Shown here one piece after another: positions 43,198-52,256 of a stretch of 64,000 nt of DNA. Origin of the DNA: Candidatus Aquidulcis sp. GTDB lineage: Bacteria; Chloroflexota; Limnocylindria; Limnocylindrales; Limnocylindraceae. The position numbers and the translations under genes were made by a program. The number at the start of each line of letters is the position of its first letter. Position 1 is the stretch's first letter. Below the pieces are notes generated by a model, which had not been told where the DNA came from, did not search any database, and was given only the letters and a program-made list of their open reading frames with translations. The stretch covers positions 15,914-79,913 of the forward strand of contig QWRK01000001.1 in NCBI GenBank assembly GCA_003670455.1, read 5' to 3'.

Positions 43198-43340
43198 GTG
43201 GCCTCCTCTCTGTCTCCTGCGCGGGCGTTGTTCTAGGTCGGGGGAATCTTAGCGGGATATTGGGGGTGATGGGCAATCGCCGCGGAGCCCCTCTCGGAGC
43301 CCCGCGGCGATTGCAAACCGAATTGCTTCGGCGAGCCTAA

Positions 43341-45137
43341 CTAGTTCGACGCGAGGTCGAGTTCGTAGGCGTTCCAGATTGGGCCCCAGGCCGCATGCTG
43401 GAGGTACCCGCTCACGTTATTCGACACCAAGACGATGTCGAGCCAGTAGTGCAGTGGGATCGAGACCACATTCGAGGTCATGAGCCCCTGTACTTCTGCC
43501 ATGAGCGCATCCTGCTCGGCAACGTCGATCGAGGACTTGATGGCCTCAAGCTTCGCGTCAAGCTCTGGGATGTTCACGTACTGGTCATTGCCGCCACCGT
43601 TCTCGTTGGTCTGTGACGAGTGGTACGAGTCGTACCCGCTCGGCTCAACCGACGTGATGCCAAAGGCATGGAGGGCAATGTCGAACGTGCCATATGCAAG
43701 GTTGCACGGCGTGCCGGCTGCAACATCGGTGCGCTGACCGAAGAGCTGGCCGCTTCCGACCGCGTCAACAATGGCAGTGATGCCAATTGTCTTGAGGTCA
43801 GCAGCAAGCAGCTGCAGCTTGGCGCCACGGGTCGGCTTCATCGTGGTGCACATGTCAAGGATCGCCTCGTCACGGTCACCGTCGGCATCGACATCCTTGT
43901 CGACCGTCCCGTTGTTGTTCGTGTCGCTCCAGCCGCCATCGGCCAGGATCTTTGCAGCCTTGACCAGGTCAAAGGCCTCCACTGCCTGCTCTTCATAGAA
44001 GAAGAAGGCAGGGAGTTCGAGGTTCGTGGCCACGAAGCCAACGCCGCCCTCAATCTGCTCGAGGTAGCGGTCTCGGTCAACTGCGGCCGAGATCGCGCGT
44101 CGAAGGTCTAGGTCAGAGGCTGGGCAACCACCGCCGCGCGCTGCGCGGTTTGGAAGCGCGCCGTCTGGGTCTGCTTCGGCCGGAGCGCCGTCCGAGCAGA
44201 TCGTCTTTGAATGGTTTGGTCGCAGGAACTCAACCGTGAAGCTTGGGAACGGGCGCTGCTCGTCACCAAGGTCCTTGGTTGGGGCGTACTGCGAACCGTC
44301 GAGGTCGGTGACCATGTCGAGCTCACCGGCACGGAACTTAGCAACGCAGGTCTCTGGCGAACCACAGACCACGTACTTCACTCGTGCGAGCTTCGACTGG
44401 CTTCCGTTACGAGGATCCTTCCAGTATGGGTTTCGAACAACCACGGTTTCAACACCTGGGGTTCGGCTCTCATACTTGAACGCACCGCTCGTTGGGACGT
44501 TTGGCAGGTCCTTGGTGCGGTAGCCCGCGCCCAAGAGCATGTCAGTCGACGTGTCAGTGGCAGGATTGCCGCCAACCGTGGTCCCGACGGTGAACTTGCT
44601 GAAGTAGTGCTTTGGCGCAAGCGCTGGGCCGTACTTCAGGTTCTGGTAGAGCTCGGAGTAGTGCACGGTCATCGTGGAGCCGTTGCACACGATCTCCTTG
44701 ATCTCCTTGGTTCCGACCTTTGACACGGCAGTGTTCTTCTCATCGAGAATCCACTCACGTGCGTACTGGAAGTCGGCGCAGGTGAGATCAACACCATCGG
44801 ACCACTTCCAGGAGCGGAGCTTCCAGGTAACGGTTGCGGCTGCGCCGTCAACGCCTGGAACCTGAATGCCGCCGTTCTCCTTCGTAGGAATCTCGGTGGC
44901 CATCCAAGGCTCAAGCTCAAGCTCGTCGTTAAGGCGGAGCAGACCATCGCTGGTCATGCCGATGACGTTGCTTGACATCACCGTGCTGTAGTAGAAGGGG
45001 TTAAGGCTGTCGACGTCCTGATAGTCACCGATGAGCAACGTTGCTCCGGTAACCGTCGAACCGGTCGAACCGCCGCATGCCCCAGCGACCATTGCAGCAG
45101 CGACCGCAAAGGTTGCGAGTAGCGACCTCTTTCGCAT
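43341..45137 (-). CDS. Family-5 (peptide/nickel) ABC substrate-binding lipoprotein
   Basis: Lipobox 'MVAGACGG', SBP_bac_5 length and composition; start at ATG 45137 with AAGGAGGA SD. Confidence 0.8.
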   Translation of the reverse strand: MRKRSLLATFAVAAAMVAGACGGSTGSTVTGATLLIGDYQDVDSLNPFYYSTVMSSNVIGMTSDGLLRLNDELELEPWMATEIPTKENGGIQVPGVDGAAATVTWKLRSWKWSDGVDLTCADFQYAREWILDEKNTAVSKVGTKEIKEIVCNGSTMTVHYSELYQNLKYGPALAPKHYFSKFTVGTTVGGNPATDTSTDMLLGAGYRTKDLPNVPTSGAFKYESRTPGVETVVVRNPYWKDPRNGSQSKLARVKYVVCGSPETCVAKFRAGELDMVTDLDGSQYAPTKDLGDEQRPFPSFTVEFLRPNHSKTICSDGAPAEADPDGALPNRAARGGGCPASDLDLRRAISAAVDRDRYLEQIEGGVGFVATNLELPAFFFYEEQAVEAFDLVKAAKILADGGWSDTNNNGTVDKDVDADGDRDEAILDMCTTMKPTRGAKLQLLAADLKTIGITAIVDAVGSGQLFGQRTDVAAGTPCNLAYGTFDIALHAFGITSVEPSGYDSYHSSQTNENGGGNDQYVNIPELDAKLEAIKSSIDVAEQDALMAEVQGLMTSNVVSIPLHYWLDIVLVSNNVSGYLQHAAWGPIWNAYELDLASN

Positions 45138-45280
45138 GTGTTTCCTCCTTATCGGCTGGCCCAATCAGGGCCGCCGTCAGACTTGAAGCGCGATCTGCGC
45201 TTGGCGGAATCCTATCCGATGCGGGGAGGGGAATACCAGAGGGGGAGCGCAGGGTGGAGCAGTGCGGCCTGCGGGGATTG

Positions 45281-45937
45281 TTACGGTTGCAGGCGGCGGG
45301 TCTCCCAGGGGCCTTCGGGGGTGGCTCGGAGGTACTCAAAGCGGTCGTGGAGGCGGTACTCGCCCCCTTGCCAGAACTCCCACTGTGCAGGGGTAACGCG
45401 GTAGCCGCCCCAGTGGGGCGGGAGGCTCGGCAGCGCCTCGGGGGTGGAGGCATGGCGGGCGGTCGCCGTGCTCAAGGCGGCCTCAAGCGCAGCACGATTG
45501 GCGATCGGCTCCCCCTGGGCGCTCGCCCAGGCGCCGAGCTGGCTCTCGCGGGGGCGGGAGGCAAAGTAGGCGGCGGACTCCGCCTCCGAGAGGCGGGCCA
45601 CCGAGCCTGACAGGCGCACCTGTCGCTCCAGGGTTGGCCACCAGAGGGTGAGGGCTGCCGCGGGCCGGGCGGCGAGGTCGCGCCCCTTCCGACTTTCGTG
45701 GTTCGTATAGAAGTCGATCCCCGCGGGGCCGATGCCGCGGATCAGGATCATGCGGACGCTCGGGTTCCCCGCGTCGTCGGCGGTGGCAAGGGCGGCGGCG
45801 AGTGGCTCGGGGACCTGCTGGGCAATCGCCTCGCTGACCCAGCGGTGGAACTGGTCGACTGGATCAGGGAGTAGGTCGTTGGTGTCGAGCCGTCCGCGCT
45901 GATAGTTCGATCGATCGCCGAGCGGCTGGCTGCTCAT
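45281..45937 (-). CDS. pdxH: Pyridoxamine 5'-phosphate oxidase
   Basis: 'VRMILIRGIGPAGIDFYTNHESRKGRDL' and C-terminal 'WGGYRV...EFWQG' PNPOx motifs. Confidence 0.85.
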   Translation of the reverse strand: MSSQPLGDRSNYQRGRLDTNDLLPDPVDQFHRWVSEAIAQQVPEPLAAALATADDAGNPSVRMILIRGIGPAGIDFYTNHESRKGRDLAARPAAALTLWWPTLERQVRLSGSVARLSEAESAAYFASRPRESQLGAWASAQGEPIANRAALEAALSTATARHASTPEALPSLPPHWGGYRVTPAQWEFWQGGEYRLHDRFEYLRATPEGPWETRRLQP

Positions 45938-45940
45938 GCG

Positions 45941-46633
45941 TCAGGCGAGTCCGGCCGGCGCCTCGAGTCGCGACTTGAGGTCGCCGAGGAAGGCGGCGAC
46001 CAGCGCACCGTCAACGGCACGATGGTCGGCGGAGAGCGTTGCGGTCAACATCGTGCGCGCAACAACGGCGCCATCGCGCACCACGGCGCGCGACTCGCTG
46101 CGACCCGTCGCCAAGATCGCCACCTGCGGCGGCGTGACGATCGCGGTGAACTGCGTCACTGGGAACGAGCCAAGGTTCGAGAGGGTGAACGTCTGCTCGG
46201 TGAATTCTGCAGGACGCAACTTGCCAATCTTGGTACGCGCAACGAGGTCACGTAGCTCGGTGGAGATGGTAGCCAGATCTTTTGCTGCGCAATCAAGGAG
46301 TGCCGGCGCAACGAGTCCATCGGGAATCGCAATCGCGATGCCAATGTTGATCGGCGTGGAGCGCTCGAGCGCCTCGCCCTCCCACACTGCGTTGAGTGCG
46401 GGGTAGGCGGCGAGCGATTGCGCGAGTGCGCGCACCAACCATGCGGTGAGAGTGACGCGATCGTCTCCAGTGCGTCCGGAGTTCAGCGCCTCATTGGCGG
46501 CAACGACCGCATCCATCTCGATGTCGGTGGAGACATAGAAGTGGGGCGCCTTTGATTTGGACTCCACCATGCGACGGCTGATCGCCGTGCGCATTGGCGT
46601 GAACTCAACGGGCGTTCGCCCTGGCTTCGGCAT
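45941..46633 (-). CDS. 2-oxoacid dehydrogenase E2 acyltransferase catalytic domain only (no lipoyl or E3-binding domain)
   Basis: Catalytic motif 'LSADHRAVDGALVAAFL' and full catalytic-domain similarity; begins directly with the catalytic domain. Confidence 0.75.
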   Translation of the reverse strand: MPKPGRTPVEFTPMRTAISRRMVESKSKAPHFYVSTDIEMDAVVAANEALNSGRTGDDRVTLTAWLVRALAQSLAAYPALNAVWEGEALERSTPINIGIAIAIPDGLVAPALLDCAAKDLATISTELRDLVARTKIGKLRPAEFTEQTFTLSNLGSFPVTQFTAIVTPPQVAILATGRSESRAVVRDGAVVARTMLTATLSADHRAVDGALVAAFLGDLKSRLEAPAGLA

Positions 46634-46646
46634 GCGCGAGTTCGGC

Positions 46647-46913
46647 TTACTTGCCGTCTTCGACGTAGGCGATCACGGCACCGACTGCGACTTCGGCGCC
46701 TGCAGCATGCACGATCTCCACAAGGGTTCCAGCCACAGGGGCCTCGAACTCAACGGTGGCCTTCTCGGTCTCGAGCTCGCCGATTGGCTGGCCTGCGGTC
46801 ACGGTGTCGCCGACCTTCGCCGTCCAGGCGCCGATCTTGCCGACCTCGCTGTCGTAGCCGAGTCGGGGCATCTCTACTGGTACGCGCATCGCTTCCCTCC
46901 TTGGGCGGGCCAC
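46647..46913 (-). CDS. Free-standing lipoyl(biotinyl)-attachment domain protein (88 aa)
   Basis: Lipoyl-lysine motif 'GELETEKATVEFEAP'. Confidence 0.75.
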   Translation of the reverse strand: MARPRREAMRVPVEMPRLGYDSEVGKIGAWTAKVGDTVTAGQPIGELETEKATVEFEAPVAGTLVEIVHAAGAEVAVGAVIAYVEDGK

Positions 46914-46976
46914 GGGCGGCTCGCACGCTCTTGCCGCCCCACGAGGGGTGGCGTTGGGGTCAGTGTAGCCCTGCGC

Positions 46977-48290
46977 CTAGCGCTGTGACTCGAAGGCAGG
47001 CTCCGCGGGCATCTCTTCGCCGTGGTGGATGCGCGTCGCGGTGTTCCAGTCGTCGCCCACGTCGGCGGTCGCCGCCGCCACGAGACGGAAGGCCCCCGTC
47101 ACGATAAAGATGCCGACATAGGTGGGGTAGGCGACCGGGAGTAGGGCCAGCACGACCACGCCGGCCAGCTGGCCGACGGCGAGCGCCCCCGCGGTGGTGG
47201 CACCGTAGGCCGACTGCGCGCGAATTGATTCACCAGGAGCGGCGAGTCGAAGCACGCGCTCCTGCGCCGAGAGCATGCCGGCGGCGAAGCCCACGGTGAT
47301 GATGACGATGACGACAAGCAACACGATTGGCGCATACGGATTCCATGGACCGGCGAGCGCTGACGAGGCCATGCCCACGCCGCGAACGACCAGTGAGATG
47401 CGATAGAGGCGACTCGCCGAGCCGCGCTCCAACCAGTTACCAATAAGGATCGCGCCGACGAGCGCCGCAGCGGAGCCGATCGCCGCCATCAGGATCGCGT
47501 ACGCCGCGTCTTGTTTCAGCACGACGATCGCGTAGACCGAAAGGTATGGCGCGAAGCCGGCGCCAAGAGCCGAGATGATGTTGGTGCGAAGGAAGCGGCG
47601 CACTGGTGTGGAGAGTGGACCAGAGCTTGCGGCGCGACCCGCCGATACCGCGCCAGGTCGTGGCAGCCCCCGCAGTGCGCGCAAGAAGAAGAGACTGGCG
47701 ATCAGGCCACCAACGAATGCGGGCGCATAGATAAGGACGCCCCAATCCTGTTCGCCAACGCGAACGAGGAGAGCCACGGGCACAAGCAGCACCGAGCCGA
47801 GTCCGAATTGAATGGCGAGGGCACGCGGGGCAACAAAGCGGCGCTCACGCTCGGGGAGGATGCGGCCAAACCAGGTCTGCACGTTGGCCCCTGCGATCGC
47901 CTGCGCGGTTGCGCCAACGCCGAACCCGATCGCGATCAGCCCGATGCCGGCGAGGGGCGGCAGGACACCAGCGGCAATCGCCACCACGACGGCGATATAG
48001 AGGATGGGCCGCAGCAGTGCAGCCGCGCCGATCAGCAGGGTGAGCCGTCGGAGGTCGCCGCCGTTTCGGCGAAGCGCTGCAGGCATCAGCCCCTGCAGGA
48101 TGCCGCCGACGAAGGGGAAGAGGCCGACCAGCGTTGCAAGCGCTGGAGATGCGCCGAGCGTTGTGATGAGCGGGATCGAGAGGCTATCGCCGTTCAGCGC
48201 GACGGCGATGGCGTCGGAGACGGCGAGGGTGCGGAAGGCGGCGTAGCGGCCGGTGAGGAATCGCCGCCAGTCGGCGATCGCCTTACTCAC
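46977..48290 (-). CDS. 12-TM membrane transporter (MFS-like)
   Basis: Hydrophobicity pattern; 4-nt overlap with upstream gene. Confidence 0.5.
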   Translation of the reverse strand: MSKAIADWRRFLTGRYAAFRTLAVSDAIAVALNGDSLSIPLITTLGASPALATLVGLFPFVGGILQGLMPAALRRNGGDLRRLTLLIGAAALLRPILYIAVVVAIAAGVLPPLAGIGLIAIGFGVGATAQAIAGANVQTWFGRILPERERRFVAPRALAIQFGLGSVLLVPVALLVRVGEQDWGVLIYAPAFVGGLIASLFFLRALRGLPRPGAVSAGRAASSGPLSTPVRRFLRTNIISALGAGFAPYLSVYAIVVLKQDAAYAILMAAIGSAAALVGAILIGNWLERGSASRLYRISLVVRGVGMASSALAGPWNPYAPIVLLVVIVIITVGFAAGMLSAQERVLRLAAPGESIRAQSAYGATTAGALAVGQLAGVVVLALLPVAYPTYVGIFIVTGAFRLVAAATADVGDDWNTATRIHHGEEMPAEPAFESQR

Positions 48291-49579
48291 CGCCCGTGAG
48301 CGGCGGAGGTGCTTGCTCGAACCTGCTCCTCAATACGATCAATCTCGGTGACGATCGCGGAACGGAGGGCATCAAGTTCGCCACGGGCCTTAATGGTGGT
48401 TGTGTCAATCGCCGTTAGCGTCGTCTTGATCTGCTGCACTGTGCCGATTCGATCGCGCAACGCGTCGATGGCGTCCTTCACCGCTGAAAGATCGGCGCCG
48501 CTCCCCTCTGACTTGGCGCGAATGAGCGCCGAGATACGCGCGAGTCGGTACCCCGCCTCAAGGATCGCAATATCGGGCGCCTCTGGGTCAACGACGCAGT
48601 AGACGCCGTGTCGGCTGATGGTGAATGGCGCAGCACCCGCCGGGGCCGCCGCCTCGCTGAAGACCATGAGGGCGATCTCGGCCTTGCGATTCTCACGCGC
48701 CTCGGCGAGCTCCTTCTCAATGGCTGGGCCAGTCATCGCCTTGTCTTTTACCTCAACCACAATGCGCAGAACGCTTGCGGAGGCGTCGCGACCGTTGATG
48801 GTGATGACCGCGTCGCCCTTCTTTGAGTCGGGGACCGCGCCAGTGACGCCGCCCGTCCCCTCGATCTCATCATTCGTGGCGCGAAGCAGCTCAGTGTATT
48901 CGGCAATCACGCGCGACTCAAAGTCGGCGCCCTTCGCCGTCCCCTTTTTGCGCTCGCCCTTCGCCGCCTTCTGCGACGCATCGAGCTCTACGATTTTCAG
49001 CAACACATCGTCGAAGCGCTTGGCGATCTCGGCGCGGAATCCGCTCAGTGGCGACGCCTCGCGCGTTGGGTCCAGCAGGTGCGCGAGCTTGCTCGCGTCG
49101 CCATCAAAGTAGGTGCCGAGGATGGTGTTCAGCTTGCCGAGCGCTGAATCGCGGCGATTCTCGTCGAAGAGGTCCTTCGTAAAGAGGGCAAGCTCACCCT
49201 TGTCGCCAAGGAAGCGCTCCAGGGTTGCGGGGAGCGCGCCACCCTCGTTGGCGAAGGTCTTGCGCAAAATCTCTTCAACCTCGGCGGTCGCCTTCTTGTT
49301 TGATTCGCCTGCATCGGTGAGCAACTTGTCAAAGGCGCGACGCACATGATCCACGTCGATGGAGCCGCTGGCGCTCTGCAGCGCCATCAGGCCAACACGC
49401 ATCGCGCGCTCGACGGTTTCGGCACGATCCTCGGGGGTGCGGCTTTCGAGGAAGCCGGCGAGGGCGCGATCGACGACCTCGAGGGAGGCGATGCGAATAC
49501 GGTCGCCAACGATCTCAACCTGCGTCGGCTTGCTGGCCGAGCTGATCGGCACGATCTCAGGAACGCGCTCGCCGCTCAT
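48287..49579 (-). CDS. Coiled-coil protein with RmuC-like PD-(D/E)xK nuclease-fold signature (family uncertain)
   Basis: 'KGADFESRVIAEYTELL...VPDSKKGDAVITINGRD...LRIVVEVKDK', resembling the RmuC 'KGxWGE...PDxxV...IDAK' arrangement. Confidence 0.4.
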   Translation of the reverse strand: MSGERVPEIVPISSASKPTQVEIVGDRIRIASLEVVDRALAGFLESRTPEDRAETVERAMRVGLMALQSASGSIDVDHVRRAFDKLLTDAGESNKKATAEVEEILRKTFANEGGALPATLERFLGDKGELALFTKDLFDENRRDSALGKLNTILGTYFDGDASKLAHLLDPTREASPLSGFRAEIAKRFDDVLLKIVELDASQKAAKGERKKGTAKGADFESRVIAEYTELLRATNDEIEGTGGVTGAVPDSKKGDAVITINGRDASASVLRIVVEVKDKAMTGPAIEKELAEARENRKAEIALMVFSEAAAPAGAAPFTISRHGVYCVVDPEAPDIAILEAGYRLARISALIRAKSEGSGADLSAVKDAIDALRDRIGTVQQIKTTLTAIDTTTIKARGELDALRSAIVTEIDRIEEQVRASTSAAHGR

Positions 49580-49855
49580 CTATCGAAGGGCAATCAGGCC
49601 GCAGCCATCACAGAGCGCCACAATGGCGCGCTTCTCGCGGGCGTAGCCGGCGGTGTGGAGCACGCCAGGGCAGCCGACCGTGCGGCAGCGCCAGGCCCAG
49701 GCCTCATCGCCATCGGCTCCGTCATAGGGGAGCGCCTCGGCACTGAGCTTCTCGGCGAGCCCTTCGCGGGCGCCCAGCGTCGCCGCAATGGCGGCGGCAC
49801 GCTCGGCCTCGCTCTCGCGCTTGTAGGGATACGACTGGGCGACGTTGGTTGGCAT
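49580..49855 (-). CDS. Small 4-Cys zinc-ribbon protein (91 aa)
   Basis: 'CRTVGCPG...CDGCG'; abuts downstream gene with no gap. Confidence 0.4.
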   Translation of the reverse strand: MPTNVAQSYPYKRESEAERAAAIAATLGAREGLAEKLSAEALPYDGADGDEAWAWRCRTVGCPGVLHTAGYAREKRAIVALCDGCGLIALR

Positions 49856-49915
49856 GGGCTGAGTATACCGACCGCCGAAGGCGGGAACCCGTATGCTGCA
49901 AGGGTGACTGGTTCA

Positions 49916-51187
49916 ATGAAGGCCCTGCTCCTCGGCACCCTAACGTTGCGAACCGCAACGGGGACCACGGGCGCGCTCCTCATCGTCTGGAACAAGTACC
50001 TGAACTCCACCGGATCGGTCACGATCACCCCGGTAGACCTTGCAACGATCACGCTCGCCTTTTACGTGACGGAGCTGATCGGCTCGCCAATCTTCGGCAT
50101 CATTGCCGATCGCATCGGGCGAAAGCCGGTCATGTTGCTCGGGCCACTCTTCGGCCTCGCAGCGGTGATCATGACGCCGTTCTCCATGACGATTCCGCTC
50201 CTTATTGGCACGCGCCTCCTAGAAGGTGCCTCAACGGCGGCCAGCGTCCCCTCAATTCTTTCGTACGTCGCGGCGAAGACGAGTCACGACGCCGCGCTCC
50301 GGGGTCGCGTCGTTACCCTCTTTGAAGTGGCAACACTCGGCGGACTCCTCGTCGCAGGTACCGCGTTGGCCGGCCCACTCTGGGCGATCTTCGGACCAGC
50401 GGCGTTCGCCGTGAACGGTGCCATCTACGTGCTCGCGCTTCTCTTCTTCGCCTACGGCGTGAAAGATGAGCACGCCGCTCCGCCACCACAGACTGAGAAC
50501 CGCCTCCGCAAGTACCTGAAGCTCTTTAGCCAGCGCGGGATCCTGCTCTTCGTACCGACCTGGGTCTCGATCAACGCCATCATCGGCGTCTGGGTGCCAC
50601 AAGGGCTCAATCTGTTACTCGGTGACGAGACGGTGAACCTCTCCGGTCAGTTCCTACTCAGCGGCTTTCCGTTTGTCATCGTCACGTCCGCCTTCGCCTT
50701 CGTCGCGCTGATCGGCGGCGTCGGGCTCTTCTTCTGGGGGAATCGCTTCGCCAACTTCCGCCGCACCACCATGCTCCTTCTCGGCCTGATCGCCTTCGTT
50801 GTGGCGATGGCCGCCATCTTTGCCATCAATCGCCTCTCTGGCAACGAGCTGCCGTTGATCGCCCTCCTCTTCGCCGTGCTCTGCGGCTCGATGTTCTTTA
50901 TTGCCGGCGCGACACCCGCCGCGCTCGGCTTCTTGGCCGATGTCTCTGAGCGGTATCACACCGATCGAAGCGCGGTGATGGGTCTCTACTCCATCTTCCT
51001 CGGCCTCGGTCAGGTGATTGGCGTGAAGCTTGCGGGCGACCTCGCGGCCACCTTCGGGGTTGATGGACTGGTCTACGCCACCCTCGGATTCCTCGTGGTT
51101 GCGGGCACATTCCTGCTTATCCTGCGCCGAGTTGAGCACGAAATTCTGCTCCCAAGCGCCCCCGGGCAACAGAGCGCGCACGGCTGA
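49916..51187 (+). CDS. MFS transporter
   Basis: 12 TM, 'GIIADRIGRKPVM' MFS motif A-like loop; start at ATG 49916. Confidence 0.7.
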   Translation: MKALLLGTLTLRTATGTTGALLIVWNKYLNSTGSVTITPVDLATITLAFYVTELIGSPIFGIIADRIGRKPVMLLGPLFGLAAVIMTPFSMTIPLLIGTRLLEGASTAASVPSILSYVAAKTSHDAALRGRVVTLFEVATLGGLLVAGTALAGPLWAIFGPAAFAVNGAIYVLALLFFAYGVKDEHAAPPPQTENRLRKYLKLFSQRGILLFVPTWVSINAIIGVWVPQGLNLLLGDETVNLSGQFLLSGFPFVIVTSAFAFVALIGGVGLFFWGNRFANFRRTTMLLLGLIAFVVAMAAIFAINRLSGNELPLIALLFAVLCGSMFFIAGATPAALGFLADVSERYHTDRSAVMGLYSIFLGLGQVIGVKLAGDLAATFGVDGLVYATLGFLVVAGTFLLILRRVEHEILLPSAPGQQSAHG

Positions 51188-51256
51188 TCTGCCCCGATAG
51201 AATCTAGGAGACGTGAGGGCGACCTGCCCGCACGCATGCTGGGAGGGGGAGACACC

Positions 51257-52111
51257 ATGGTGAAGTCAACGGTCGCAATCATTACTGACAGCGCATCGGA
51301 TATTCCACCTGATGCAGCCAAGCGGCTCGGCATCACCATCGTGCCGGTCATCGTCTCCTTCGGCTCTGAGAGCTTCAAGGTGAACGAGGAGCTCTCCATG
51401 GATCAGTTCTGGAAGCGGCTCACCGCACCAGGCGCACCGTTCCCAAAGACTGCAGCTCCGCCACCCGCCGCCTTTACCGCGGCGTATGACAAGGCGTTTG
51501 CTGGTGGCGCCAAAGAGGTCGTCTCGGTGCACGTCGCCTCGAAGCTCTCGGCGACGTATAGGAACGCCGAGATTGCCGCCGCAGACCATCCGCAGTCGAA
51601 GAACATTCATCTTGTCGACACCGCGACCGCATCGGCGGCCGAGGGGCTGCTGGTTGCGCGCGCCTATCACCGCGCCGCAGAAGGCTGGAAGGCGCCACAG
51701 ATCGTCGCTGAACTCGGTGAACTCATTCCAAAGACGCACGTGATCTTCTTCCTCAACTCGTTGGATTACTTGAAGGCCGGCGGCCGCATCAGCCCAGCGC
51801 GAGCGGCGATCGGCGGACTCCTTTCGGTGAAGCCGATCATCGACATCATTGACGGTGAGGTTGTGACCCTCGACAAGCCACGAACAACGGCGAAGGCGCG
51901 CGAGCGTTTCATGGAGCTCATCAGCGCATCTCCAATCCAGGAGCTGACCATGCTCCATTCGGAGTCGCCCGACATCGAGGCGTTCCGTGATGAGGTCTGC
52001 GCTCGGTTCCCAGAGATTGCTGCCTTGAAGCCAGGAATCGTTCGAGCGGGTGCGGCCATTGGGCCACACACCGGCCCGAAGGGTCTCGGCGTCGCGCTGA
52101 TCCGCGCCTAG
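51257..52111 (+). CDS. DegV-family fatty-acid-binding protein
   Basis: 'VAIITDSASDIP' N-terminus, DegV fold length. Confidence 0.75.
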   Translation: MVKSTVAIITDSASDIPPDAAKRLGITIVPVIVSFGSESFKVNEELSMDQFWKRLTAPGAPFPKTAAPPPAAFTAAYDKAFAGGAKEVVSVHVASKLSATYRNAEIAAADHPQSKNIHLVDTATASAAEGLLVARAYHRAAEGWKAPQIVAELGELIPKTHVIFFLNSLDYLKAGGRISPARAAIGGLLSVKPIIDIIDGEVVTLDKPRTTAKARERFMELISASPIQELTMLHSESPDIEAFRDEVCARFPEIAALKPGIVRAGAAIGPHTGPKGLGVALIRA

Positions 52112-52256
52112 TCGCCAAAACCTGCTCCGCCGCACGGGCGGGAGCACGCCGCAACCTACGCGCAACGCCTTTTTTGGGCGCGTTGTAGGGTTGGGTGGAT
52201 CGCCGCACGGCGTCCGCCAGGCACCCGCCAGGGCGGCAGTGGAGAGGTACAAAACG

